DNA from: Pristiophorus japonicus
Taxonomy: Eukaryota
Assembly: GCF_044704955.1 (NCBI RefSeq)
Contig: NC_091999.1
Location: 16,864,001 to 16,928,000 of the forward strand
Direction of reading: 5' to 3'
Length of the DNA stretch: 64,000 bases
The first letter of the stretch is position 1. Each line of letters begins with the position of its first letter. The notes under the pieces are model-generated. The model ran no database searches. It was not told the origin of the DNA and saw only the letters and a list, made by a program, of their open reading frames with translations. Shown here piece by piece: positions 1 through 11,063 of the stretch. Position numbers and translations under genes: made by a program.

Positions 1-755
1 TAAAGCTCCCTCTACATTGTCCCATCAAACATGCCCAGAGCAGGTACAGAATGGGTCAGATACAGAGTAAAGCTCCCTCTACATTGTCCCATCAAACACA
101 TAGAAACATAGAAACATAGAAACATAGAAAATAGGTGCAGGAGTAGGCCATTCGGCCCTTCTAGCCTGCACCGCCATTCAATGAGTTCATGGCTGAACAT
201 TCAACTTCAGTACCCCATTCCTGCTTTCTCGCCATACCCCTTGATCCCCGTAGCAGTAAGGACCTCATCTAACTCCTTTTTGAATATATTTAGTGAATTG
301 GCCTCAACAACTTTCTGTGGTAGAGAATTCCACAGGTTCACCACTCTCTGGGTGAAGAAGTTCCTCCGCATCTCGGTCCTAAATGGCTTACCCCTTATCC
401 TTAGACTGTGACCCCTGGTTCTGGACTTCCCCAACATTGGGAACATTCTTCCTGCATCTAACCTGTCTAACCCCGTCAGAATTTTATATGTTTCTATGAG
501 GTCCCCTCTCATTCTTCTGAACTCCAGTGAATACAAGCCCAGTTGATCCAGTCTTTCGCCCACGCCCAGAGCACGTACAGCATGGGGTTAGATACAGAGT
601 AAAGCCCCCTCTACACTGTCCATTCAAACACTCCCAGGGCACGTACAGCATGGGCTAGATACAGAGTACAGCTCCTTCTGCACTGTCCCATCAAACACTC
701 CCAGGGCATGTACAACTGGGTTAGAAACTGATTAAAGCTCCTTCTACTGTCCCCC
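1..755 (+). repeat. 67-bp minisatellite (CCATCAAACACTCCCAGGGCAGGTACAG...), interrupted by a CR1 insertion
   Basis: TAAAGCTCCC recurs at 1 and 68; the units resume after ~560. Confidence 0.9.
99..558 (-). mobile_element. CR1 LINE 3' end (young, 5'-truncated)
   Basis: ORF 207..563 is the CR1 ORF2 C-terminus (LEFRRMRGDLIE...FFTQRVVNLWNSLP); (ATAGAAAC)n tail at 99-130. Confidence 0.92.
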
Positions 756-2734
756 CATGGTGTTTCGGAACTGTTCCTTCTGACTGTCACACTCTGGGTA
801 ACTGATCTCATTTCTGCGGCGACTCATCAACTTTAAAGTCAAACTTTTACGTTTCTCACATATACCAGTTTCTTAAATAACTGAGTTAAATGACACTCCC
901 CGCAATACAGAATCACAATCCAGAAGGTTTACAACCGGTCAGGAGGACTCCTGATTCTCACACAGTGAGCAGGCGCACAGAAACAGAACAGACACAAACG
1001 GTGCTCCAGGCAGAGAGACCAGTTAAATCTGTTAATTTCAATGAAGCTGCTTGATTTCTAATTTATTTCTTGTCAATTTCCAACCACCTCAACTCCGCAG
1101 ATTCTTTGAAATTAAACTGATATTAATTTGAGAGACTCTTCAGAATCCAGCCATTTTTCCATCTCTGTCAACTTTCTTGGAAACCGTGTAAAAATTAACT
1201 CCCCTGAAAGCAAGTATCTGGAAATAATTCACATTCCACGGGAATTTGCTGCCGTCACGGGACTCGGTGACAGAATAAGAATGTCACAATCCAGGAGACA
1301 TCTACATTGAAATCTGACCACCCACTGATTTGATATATTTTCATCAGTAAATATAACCTGTAAAATCATCGAGGCAAAACAGGAAGTTAATTCACCAAAA
1401 TCTGCAGCGGCACCTTATCGAACTCAGCACAGCCGGGTTATAAATGCATTGATTTATAAATTAATTTTGGAATTAATTAAACATTCTCTCCAACCATTGA
1501 GGTTTTGCAATAACTATAATACGGACCAGTATGCAACGCAATTGTAAGGGATCGTTTGTGTTTAATAAATGATCACTGATGTTACATTCTAATTAATGTT
1601 CATGTTAGATGATTATTGAAAATAATCTGAGTGCCTGTCTGGCCCTTCCTCCTCAGAAGCACACTTACCTGGAACATTTGAAATTAACTTAATGTGCCTG
1701 AATTTCAGCCTTACTAATACAGCGAAATTTGTTATTGATAGACAGGTTTTGGTCTTGCAAAGTGTTCAAGATTAGTTTAGTGAAAGTTTTAACAAACAAC
1801 ACCCAATATTTATTAAACATTGTAGAAACGCCAAACGGTTTCACAAATTCTAGGTATTCTGAGTGACACAGGCACAAACTCTCCTCAGCAGATCAACACT
1901 AAATCACATCACTGAGGGGCCGAATCCCTCGACAGAACCTTTCATGGAGCAGACCCTTCACTCTATAAACACTTCCAGCAGAATCAAATGTATCCTTGCA
2001 AAAAATCTCATTACAGAATCACCGAACCCGCCTAACACTGAAATAACTAATGATTGAATTCAACAGAAATTTAAAATACGTTCAGCAGAATTGTGTTTAG
2101 ACTGTTAAATACATTAATGTTGATATTATAGCATATTTAATAATAATTGGTGATATTACTGCATTATAATAATGTTAGTAATATTAATTTAAATCTGTTC
2201 CGGCTGGAAATGTGTTAATTGTTCAGTTCTTAATTACAGTAACGCGTCACATATTGAATCTAAACTTTCGGGAACATTCGCTCAGTAGATGACAATGTAA
2301 TTTTCAATAAAAAGCATTCAATTCCTTAAGATTATTTATTGATCGCTAAGCTTTCTGTTTTGTGCCTGCAATGTTCCTTTAAATAGATTTAAACACAATG
2401 TTTGCATTCGATCAGAAAAACTGCAACAATCATAGGTCACCGAGATTAAACATTGCAGAAACGTCAAAGAGTGTAACAACCATAAAGTATTTAAAGTAAC
2501 CAGGCACACAGTCGTCAGCGAATAAACACCAAATCACATCAACAACATTTTCTGTGGAGAAACTGTTGATTTCTATAATCTTTTTGAAGCAGAATCACAT
2601 TGAGCATTGCAAAAAATCTCAAAACAAAATCCACCGGACCCAAGTTTCAGTGAACGAAATAATTATTAAAATGAACAGAAATATAAAATAAAGACACAAA
2701 TACAACAGTTTTTGAATGAGTGAATGTTCCTTAC

Positions 2735-2782
2735 CTGCAGTCACCGTCACCATGGTCCCTTGTCCCCAGTAGCCCGTAGCGT
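2735..2782 (-). CDS. IGHJ: JH segment, probably a D-J fusion (xATGYWGQGTMVTVTA)
   Basis: WGQGT-MVTVT motif; phase-1 donor G|GTAAG at 2734-2730. The 5' end ACGCTACGGG lacks the usual YFDY-type J start. Confidence 0.92.
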
Positions 2783-2810
2783 CACAGTGAGATATGTCAT
2801 GTCAAATACT
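2783..2810 (+). other. Recombination signal sequence, 12-bp spacer, 5' of the (D)J segment
   Basis: Perfect heptamer CACAGTG 2783-2789, 12-nt spacer, nonamer TCAAATACT 2802-2810 (6/9 match). No nonamer-like sequence at a 22- or 23-nt spacing. Confidence 0.75.
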
Positions 2811-3123
2811 CCGGTGGACTGTAAACTATAAAATACAGAGATTAAATTGCACTCAGCTCTAAAAACATGATTCCGACACCCCTAAGAGTGAATCAGTGAG
2901 ATATTTCAGTTTGTACCGTTCATTATATTTATAACAATGATTGGAATACTTCTGAAGCCTCTGTGCAGATTCAGCATGGCAATCACCATTAATAAAGCAG
3001 ACAAATGTAATACATTTAAATATATATATATATCTTACTTCCACTCATTATTTTTATTTAAGCTTCAGTTCCTTCGACGCTCCTGGTGTGGTAGCGATCA
3101 CAGTTTTGAGCAAACTCCCTTGG

Positions 3124-3161
3124 GGTTTTTGTATGGAGAGCTCGGTCTGGATAGCACCGTG
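3124..3161 (-). other. Recombination signal sequence, 23-class (22-bp spacer), 3' of the VD
   Basis: Heptamer CACGGTG (3161-3155), 22-nt spacer, perfect nonamer ACAAAAACC (3132-3124). Confidence 0.93.
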
Positions 3162-3177
3162 ATCCATTGCTGTAGTC
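3162..3177 (-). CDS. IGHD: D-derived segment fused in the germline to VH (GACTACAGCAATGGAT; DYSNG)
   Basis: 16 nt lie between the CAR codons and the next heptamer, and there is no RSS directly after the V. An unjoined VH normally ends only a few nt past CAR. Confidence 0.8.
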
Positions 3178-3479
3178 CCTTGCACAGAAATAGATGGCGT
3201 TGTCTTCGCTCCTCAGATTCTTCATGTCCAACGTGAAGATGTTGTTTGAAGTGTCTTTGGACGCAGTAAATTGGCTCTCAATCCCTGAGGCATAATACTT
3301 GCTCGATGGACTGTAATAGGTAACCAGCCACTCCAGCCCCTGTCTGGGAACCTGGCGGATCCAGTACATGTAGCTACCACCAAGATCGAAGCCGCTGGAT
3401 TGACAGGTCAGTCTCAGGGAGCCTCCGGGAATCCTGGTCTCTGCCTCGGGCTGAATCAACACCACATCCGAGTGGACAC
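3178..3479 (-). CDS. IGHV: IgM-type VH exon, open frame: (R)[25 protein letters not shown]...[13 protein letters not shown]...YFCAR
   Basis: Acceptor TTTTTACAG ends at 3480. Both domain cysteines, the WIRQ/GLEWL motifs and D-x-A-x-Y-F-C-A-R are present, with no stop codons. The framework resembles elasmobranch IgM VH. Confidence 0.95.
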
Positions 3480-3606
3480 CTGTAAAAATAATCAAAAACC
3501 CCAGAGGATCAATCCTGGTGAAATGATTCCTGACGCTGTAACATTCCAGAGAGAAACTAATACTGAGACAGTAACAGTGAGAGATTGCACAATAAAAACT
3601 ACTCAC

Positions 3607-3652
3607 GGGAAAAGAAAGCCAGCAACAGACTGAGAGAAATCGCCAACCTCAT
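3607..3652 (-). CDS. IGHV: IgH variable gene leader exon ([15 protein letters not shown] + 1 nt)
   Basis: ATG at 3652-3650; hydrophobic signal peptide; phase-1 donor GTGAGT at 3606-3601; 127-bp intron to the V exon. Confidence 0.93.
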
Positions 3653-3744
3653 CCTCCTGGCAATGTGTGGTGAATGGTTCCGGCAAGAACTCACTGAGCA
3701 AACACACTCCCAGACTGTTATATTGCAGTCCCAGTGACCGGCAG

Positions 3745-3841
3745 TTAAATACCCGGGAGATGGGGGCGAGGTCACTGGCGCCGCCCATTGATGCCCAGAT
3801 AGGGGCGGTTTCTGTATCCACATCACTCCTTCCGCATCACC
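3745..3841 (-). promoter_or_regulatory. VH promoter: TATA-like box, CRE/TCR-Vbeta-like decamers and GC boxes, no octamer
   Basis: TATTTAA 3751-3745; AGTGACCTCG 3776-3767 and AGTGATGTGG 3827-3818 (each 8/10 to AGTGAYRTCA); GC boxes near 3781 and 3802; no ATGCAAAT. Confidence 0.65.
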
Positions 3842-5368
3842 AACAGAATGGACTCACATCTGGACTGTAAATTAAATCCCTTTATTTACTCACTGTTTCA
3901 CAGGGGTTGTGAATCTCTGAGATTGAATTATATTATCAGGGTCCAAAGACACTGCCAGTTTGTGTTTCTCGATCTCCCGCTAACTATCCATGCATCTGTA
4001 CCAATAAAGTATCCCCTATAATCTGAATTGTTATCACTCTATTTAACCGAGTGCGAGAGATGGGTAATGTGATTCGATTTACGGTGTACGTGGCTAAAGC
4101 TACACTTTTGGTCTGGAGATGAGATCTTGCTCCTCACATTACGCAATTGTCTCTCATTGCATTTCACTAACTGCCCCTGAGTCTGTGACCCTAAGACAGC
4201 TGTTTGTAAAATTAGCTTTAAAATAAGTCCGCTTGACTGATGATAAAGGAGTGAGTTGACGGAGACACATAATAATATGGGGCCCGTCCGCTTCAGACCT
4301 GCGTTTTATGAGAGAAGCTTGTGAATCAGAACCGATAATGTGATCAGCAAACCTCGACATCCAAATCCTTGCAGCTAACTTTAATAGCGACCGACTGTGT
4401 AACAGACACGGGTAACAGGAATTCGGTGTATCAGGACATAACGGTATGTTACAGAATATCACAGGAATAAATGCTTCATCTCCAGCAGAAACAAATCACA
4501 ATCTGGGCATTGCACCACCCAATGGTAACCGGGCTATGAGAGGGGGTGTTCAGGGATCCAAATCAGCGCAAATTACACCGCACACTGCGCGGCTACCAAT
4601 CAGGAATAATAGAGACATTAGTTTAGACCAGGCGCAAAATTCTGTGAGAATATTAAAGAAGTGCAGCTGGCACTTCTCTGTGAGAATATTCAAGGCAATT
4701 CAACCTGTTTTATTTACTTTGCGAATCCCACTCATCTCATTACAGTGTGGGGTGAGGCCATTAAACCTCTCTCCAGCACTTCATACTGTACTGAATAAAG
4801 TGACTGAATGGTCTAGAATGGTCTTTATTTGGAAATAGTTTTCCTTAGATACCGTGTGGATCAATTCATTATTTCCGATCTTATCTTATTATATGGCGAG
4901 AATGGAATTTATGGAAAATCATTCTTGAGATGTTATACCATGTAAAATGCTTCTTATTTTAAAAGTTCGACTGAATAATTTAATGTTCAAATAGTTAAAT
5001 ACCATCTTTCTCCCATTCTTGTTCACGCTAATCTGACCCACACAATATTTGGCAGTAACCTAACTGACTACCGTCAGCGAGCCTCGAACACCAGTGTCAT
5101 TTACAGGAAGCATGTGGGTTTCTGTGCAGTCCATCAAAGGACAGTTTTCTCACTACTGACCGCATGCCGGGAAGCCAACTTCAAAACCTTCACATTGTCA
5201 AAATACTTATTTATATACACATCTACCCAGTAACAGTACTGGAGTTAAGTTTAATTTTTTCGTTGTGTAAATGTTCCCATATCCCAGGAAAGGAAATATA
5301 TCCAATGTCTCAGAAACCATGTCAATAGCAGCAGTCAGCTGGAGTATCAGTACCGCACATAACCCTGC

Positions 5369-6550
5369 AATAGATAGATAGATAGATAGATAGATAGACA
5401 GATAGATAGATAGATAGATAGATAGATTCATAGCTAGCTAGCTAGATAGATTGATATATAGCTAGATAGATAGATAGCTAGATAGATAGATAGATAGAGA
5501 GAGAGGGAGAGAANNNNNNNNNNNNNNNNNNNNNNNNNNNNNNNNNNNNNNNNNNNNNNNNNNNNNNNNNNNNNNNNNNNNNNNNNNNNNNNNNNNNNNN
5601 NNNNNNNNNNNNNNNNNNNNNNNNNNNNNNNNNNNNNNNNNNNNNNNNNNNNNNNNNNNNNNNNNNNNNNNNNNNNNNNNNNNNNNNNNNNNNNNNNNNN
5701 NNNNNNNNNNNNNNNNNNNNNNNNNNNNNNNNNNNNNNNNNNNNNNNNNNNNNNNNNNNNNNNNNNNNNNNNNNNNNNNNNNNNNNNNNNNNNNNNNNNN
5801 NNNNNNNNNNNNNNNNNNNNGATAGATTGATATATAGCTATATAGATAGATAGCTAGATAGATAGATAGAGAGAGAGGGAGAGAAAGAGATAGATACATA
5901 AANNNNNNNNNNNNNNNNNNNNNNNNNNNNNNNNNNNNNNNNNNNNNNNNNNNNNNNNNNNNNNNNNNNNNNNNNNNNNNNNNNNNNNNNNNNNNNNNNN
6001 NNNNNNNNNNNNNNNNNNNNNNNNNNNNNNNNNNNNNNNNNNNNNNNNNNNNNNNNNNNNNNNNNNNNNNNNNNNNNNNNNNNNNNNNNNNNNNNNNNNN
6101 NNNNNNNNNNNNNNNNNNNNNNNNNNNNNNNNNNNNNNNNNNNNNNNNNNNNNNNNNNNNNNNNNNNNNNNNNNNNNNNNNNNNNNNNNNNNNNNNNNNN
6201 NNNNNNNNNNNNNNNNNNNNNNNNNNNNNNNNNNNNNNTAGATTGATATATAGCTAGATAGATAGATAGCTAGATAGATAGATAGATAGAGAGAGAGGGA
6301 GAGAAAGAGATAGATAAATAAATNNNNNNNNNNNNNNNNNNNNNNNNNNNNNNNNNNNNNNNNNNNNNNNNNNNNNNNNNNNNNNNNNNNNNNNNNNNNN
6401 NNNNNNNNNNNNNNNNNNNNNNNNNNNNNNNNNNNNNNNNNNNNNNNNNNNNNNNNNNNNNNNNNNNNNNNNNNNNNNNNNNNNNNNNNNNNNNNNNNNN
6501 NNNNNNNNNNNNNNNNNNNNNNNNNNNNNNNNNNNNNNNNNNNNNNNNNC
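5369..6550. repeat. (GATA)n/(GA)n microsatellite array with three N runs
   Basis: Direct reading; a near-identical ~75-bp block recurs at ~5440, ~5821 and ~6239. Confidence 0.9.
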
Positions 6551-6569
6551 GATCGATGGACCGATCGAT

Positions 6570-8035
6570 TCCACAAGGATCAGTGCTGGGTCCACTATTG
6601 TTCACAACTTATATTAACAATTTAGATTTTGGAGTCAAAAACACAACTTCTACATTTCCGAATGCACGTGGGGCCGGCGTGTCGGGGTGTAAATACTGTG
6701 GAACACTTCAACGAATTACAAGAATACATGAATTGACTAATTAATTTCAACACAGAAAATAATGGGGTATTACATTTTGGTAAGAAAAATAAAGAGGTCA
6801 CTTATCACGTTTAAAATAAGAATCTAAGTAGGATGGAGGAACAAAGGTCTCTGAGAGTGCAAATACACACATCACTAAAACTTGCGACGCAGGTTAATAA
6901 TTCCATAAAAAGAAGAATACCTGAACTCGGGTTTATTTCGAGAGGGATAGAAAACTAAAAGTGCAAAACTTATGCTAAACTTGGTTAGACCACACTTGAA
7001 GTACTTTGTATAATTGACCCAATTCCCCGCCCTTTCCCCGAAGCCCTGCATTTGTTTCCATTCAGATATGTGGATAGTGCAGGGAAGTGCAGTTGAGGCA
7101 GAAGATCAGCCATGATCTCGTTGAATGACAGAACAGGCTCGAGGCACCGTATGGCCTAATCCTGCTCCCAATTCTTATGTTCTTATGTTCTGATTTTCTC
7201 GTAAATATGGACATTACATACTCAATCTCTCCTCACAGGTCAGCACCACCCCCCCACCCCCGCACCCCCTCCACCCCCGCCGCCGACCCAGGAATTAGGT
7301 CAGTCTGATGAACCTTAGATGCACTCCCTCCAAGGCAAGTGTATCCTTCTTTCGGTAAGGAGAACACAACTGTACACAATAAACCAGGTGTAGTCTCAGC
7401 AGGGCCCTATATATGTGCATGAAGGCTTCTTTGCTCTAATACTCCAATCCTTTTGCAATAAAATGTTGCTTACCATTTGCGTTCCTAATTGCTCACTTTG
7501 GCTCTATTTTAGCTTTCTGTGATTCGTGTACAAGGCCATCCAGGTCTTTCTGAACAACAACATTACCCAGTTTCTCAGCATTCAAAAAATATTCTTGTTT
7601 CTATTTGTCCTACAAAAATGCGTAACTTCACACTTCTCCACATTATACTCAAGCTGTCATGTTCTTGCCCACTCACTTAACCTGTCAATATCCCTTTGCA
7701 GCCTCCTTACTTCTTCCTCACTGTTTACTGTCCCACCTAACTTTGTATTGTACAGTACGGTAATTTAACTGATTTTCTATACACGTGTAGAAGCTCTAAC
7801 AATCTGTTTTTAGGTTTTTGATAGCTTATTTAATTTTATATTTTCTCCCATATTCTCAGTTGCATGTGCATCTTTTGCAGAATTCTAAAATCTTCTCAAT
7901 TGTCGGGCTTACTACTCTTTTTGTCAACATTCTAAGTTGTTCATTTAATGCACTACTATCTTTAACTTCCCTTGTTAGCCATGGTTGTACCATTTTTCCT
8001 GTGAGGTTTTTATTCATTATGGAAGTTTATCTAAT
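6570..8035. mobile_element. Old CR1 fragments (+ strand ~6570-7190; - strand ~7290-8035)
   Basis: PQGSVLGPLLF motif, TTCTTATG tail near 7172-7190, and reverse-strand RT C-terminal remnants. Confidence 0.75.
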
Positions 8036-8439
8036 CTGACGGCTCTGTGTGATGGCTTGAAGGTGAATTTGCAACAATAATTTTGATATTCCGCCCTTGA
8101 TACTTTCTGATCATCTGCACCTCTAGTGGTTTGCTCTAAAAAAAAATCCTCTGGGTAAACGTTCAAGCAAGTTATTGTGGTTGGAATTATGAATCATGTT
8201 TCAAGTAAGCTCTGGGGCTTGCAGTAGATATCGTTTATCAGCAGGTGGCGACAGTGATCATATTGATACATGAGTCATGTGGAGACGGATGTTGCTGAGC
8301 ATTTCAGTCACCGTCTGCATTGTCAAAACAAGTAAAACAATATAATTAATGCTTCTCAGTCAGTCAAATTTGAAGGGAGCATGTATCCTTAGAAATAATC
8401 TGAAGGGCAAATAATGATTGCATTTATTTCAATCCATAT

Positions 8440-8810
8440 TTTAGGAAGATTGTCAGGCTCTTGCTAAGGATGCAGAGGAGATTGCTACAAGGCATGAGGG
8501 AGTTCAGTTATGTGGAGACGAGAGAGGATGGGATTATTCTTATTATAGGAGGGAATGCTTCGGGGGGAATTAAAATTGTGAAGGGGTTTCATAGAGTTGA
8601 TATTAAAGTAGGGTTTCCATCGGCAGGTCTATCGGTAAGCAGAGGACAAATATTAAGGTGATTGATAAAATAAATAAAAGAAGGGAGATAAGGAGATTTT
8701 TTATGCAGCGAGTTGTAATAACCTGGAATGTAGTGCTTGAAAGGGTTATGGCAGCAGATTCAATCATAACTTTCAAATAGGGAAATCAATATGTATTTGA
8801 AAAGGAAAGA
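8440..8810 (+). mobile_element. Degenerate CR1-group LINE 3' fragment
   Basis: Remnants such as TTTTTTATGCAGCGAGTTG...TGGAAT (F-x-QRV...WN). Confidence 0.6.
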
Positions 8811-8814
8811 TGAT

Positions 8815-9715
8815 CTGGTGTAATAAAATGAGAGAGAGTGTCGAGGATAATATAAACAGAGACAGTGCCTGGCGTAATATAAAAAGAGACAGGGTTTCCT
8901 GTAATATAAACTGAGACAGAATCTACTGTAATGTAAACAGAGACAGGGTCGAGTGTAAAATAAACAGGGATAGTGTCTGGAAGAATATATAGAGAGACAG
9001 GGTCTAGTGTAATATAAACAGAGACAGGGTCCAGTGTAATATAAACAGAGACAGGGTCTAGTGTAATATAAACAGGGATAGTGTCTGAAAGAATATAAAC
9101 AGAGACAGGGTCTACTGTAATATAAACAGAGCATGGTCTAGTTTAATATAAACAGAGGCAGGGTCTAGTGTAATATAAACAGAGATAGGTTATAATTTAA
9201 TATAAACAGAGACACTGTCCAGTGTAATATAAGCAGATACAGGGTCTCGTGCAATATAAACAGAGACAGGGTCTAGTGTAATATAAACTGGGACAGGGTC
9301 TAGTGTAGTATAAACAGAGACAGGGTCTAGTGTAATATAAACTGGGACAGGGTCTAGTGTACTATAAACAGGGACAGGGTCTACTGTAATATAAACAGAG
9401 ACTGGGTCTAGTACAATATAAACAGAGACAGGGTCTTGTGTAATATAAACAGAGACACGGACTCGGGTAATATAAACAGAGACTGGCTCTAGTGTAATAT
9501 AAACAGAGACAGGGTCTAGTGTAATATAAACTGGGACAGGGTCTAGTGTAATATAAACAGAGGCTGGGTCTAGTACAATATAAACAGAGACAGAGTCTTG
9601 TGTAATATAAACAGAGACAGGGACTCGGGTAATTTATACAGAGACAGGCTCTGGTGTAATATAAACAGAGACTGAGTCCAGTTTAATATAAACAGAGACA
9701 GGGTCCAGTGTAATA
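8815..9715 (-). repeat. 27-bp minisatellite, reverse orientation
   Basis: Tandem GTAATATAAACAGAGACAGGGTCTAGT. Confidence 0.92.
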
Positions 9716-9864
9716 TTAGATAGAAGTACAGATAGATGGATAGAAGTACGAATCGACGGACGGAAAGACGGATGGACCGATCAACCGAACGACAGACAGA
9801 CAGACAGACAGATAGACAGTCAGACAGACATGAAAATTTGCATGGCTGGAATGTTGCTATCAAA

Positions 9865-10830
9865 TTACTCTAGACATTCTATATGTTTAAATTACTCTAG
9901 ACCCTGGTTAATTATAACTGCACTCGACCATCTCTCTATTCAGATTGCCCAAGGCCCTGTCTCAGCTATTACTGCACTCGTCTTGGGCTCTATTTTATTA
10001 CTGTAGATCTTGTCTCAGTTACACTGCACTAGACATGGTCTCTGTTTTTATTATGCTAGGCTCTGTATCAGTTATCACATTTCTAGACCCTCCGTTATAA
10101 TACATTAGAACCTGTCTCAGTTACTACTGAACTAGACGCTGTCTCTGTTTATATTACCGTACCCCTTGTTTCTGTCAATATTTCACTAGTCCCTGTCTCT
10201 CCTTATATTACACTAGACTCTGTCTCAGTTTATATTGCACTAGAAAATGTCAATGTTTCTAATACAATAGATCATGTATTAGTTATTATTAGAGCACGAT
10301 ATCCTTTATTATATTATGTTAGACACTGTCACTCTTTATATTATACTATCTCCTGTCTCTTTATAATAGATTGGTAGATTGGTCCTTTCTCTGTTTATAT
10401 TACACTAGACCTTGTCTCTATTTATATTACACTAGACCCTGTCTCTATTTATATTGCACTCGAACCTGCCTCTGTTTCTATTATACTAGACCCTGTATTT
10501 TTTATATTACACTAGACACTGTCTCTATTTATATTACACTAGAGACTGTCTCTGTTTATATTACACTAGACCCTGTATTTTTTATACTACACTAGACCCT
10601 GTCTCTGTTTATATTACACGAGACCCTGTATTTTCTATATTACACTAGACACGGTCTCTGTTTATATTACACTAGACCCTGTCTCTGTTTAAGTTACGCT
10701 AGACACTGTCTCTCTTTATATTACACTAGACGCTGTGTCTGTTTATTTTACACTAGACCTTGTCACTATATCCTCACTCTGTCTATGTTACAATTGGACC
10801 TGTCTCGGTTATTACTGCACTGGACCCTGG
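9865..10830 (+). repeat. 27-bp minisatellite (ATTACACTAGACCCTGTCTCTGTTTAT)
   Basis: 9-aa periodicity in the translated ORFs (ITLDPVSVY). Confidence 0.9.
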
Positions 10831-11063
10831 GGTATAGATGTGTCCATAGAGATCAAATCGACCAATCCGTGTGGCTGAGGGTCAGAGATCGCACTGATTT
10901 AGCTATGGCGACCAAGTCACATTGATGACGCTGCATTGTTGTGAATAATGACGTCGCCCATTGTTTACGTGTTGCTGACGTGATGATGTCAAACAGGTAA
11001 AAACGAAATGCAATATACAGGAAGTTGCACTGATAATAACATTTTTCTGGGATAGTGATGTCA

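Noticed and set aside
961-1000. Cryptic RSS CACAGTG-24 nt-ACACAAACG in the J-C intron
   Set aside because: The spacer is 24 nt, there is no adjacent gene segment, and no 12/23-compatible deletional partner exists.
1-2730. Constant-region (CH1) exons
   Set aside because: No C1-set Ig motifs were recognised in any listed ORF; the C exons presumably lie beyond the window start.
3058-3606. 182-aa ORF as a single-exon protein
   Set aside because: It includes leader-intron sequence and reads through the RSS; the real structure is leader exon + VD exon + DJ.
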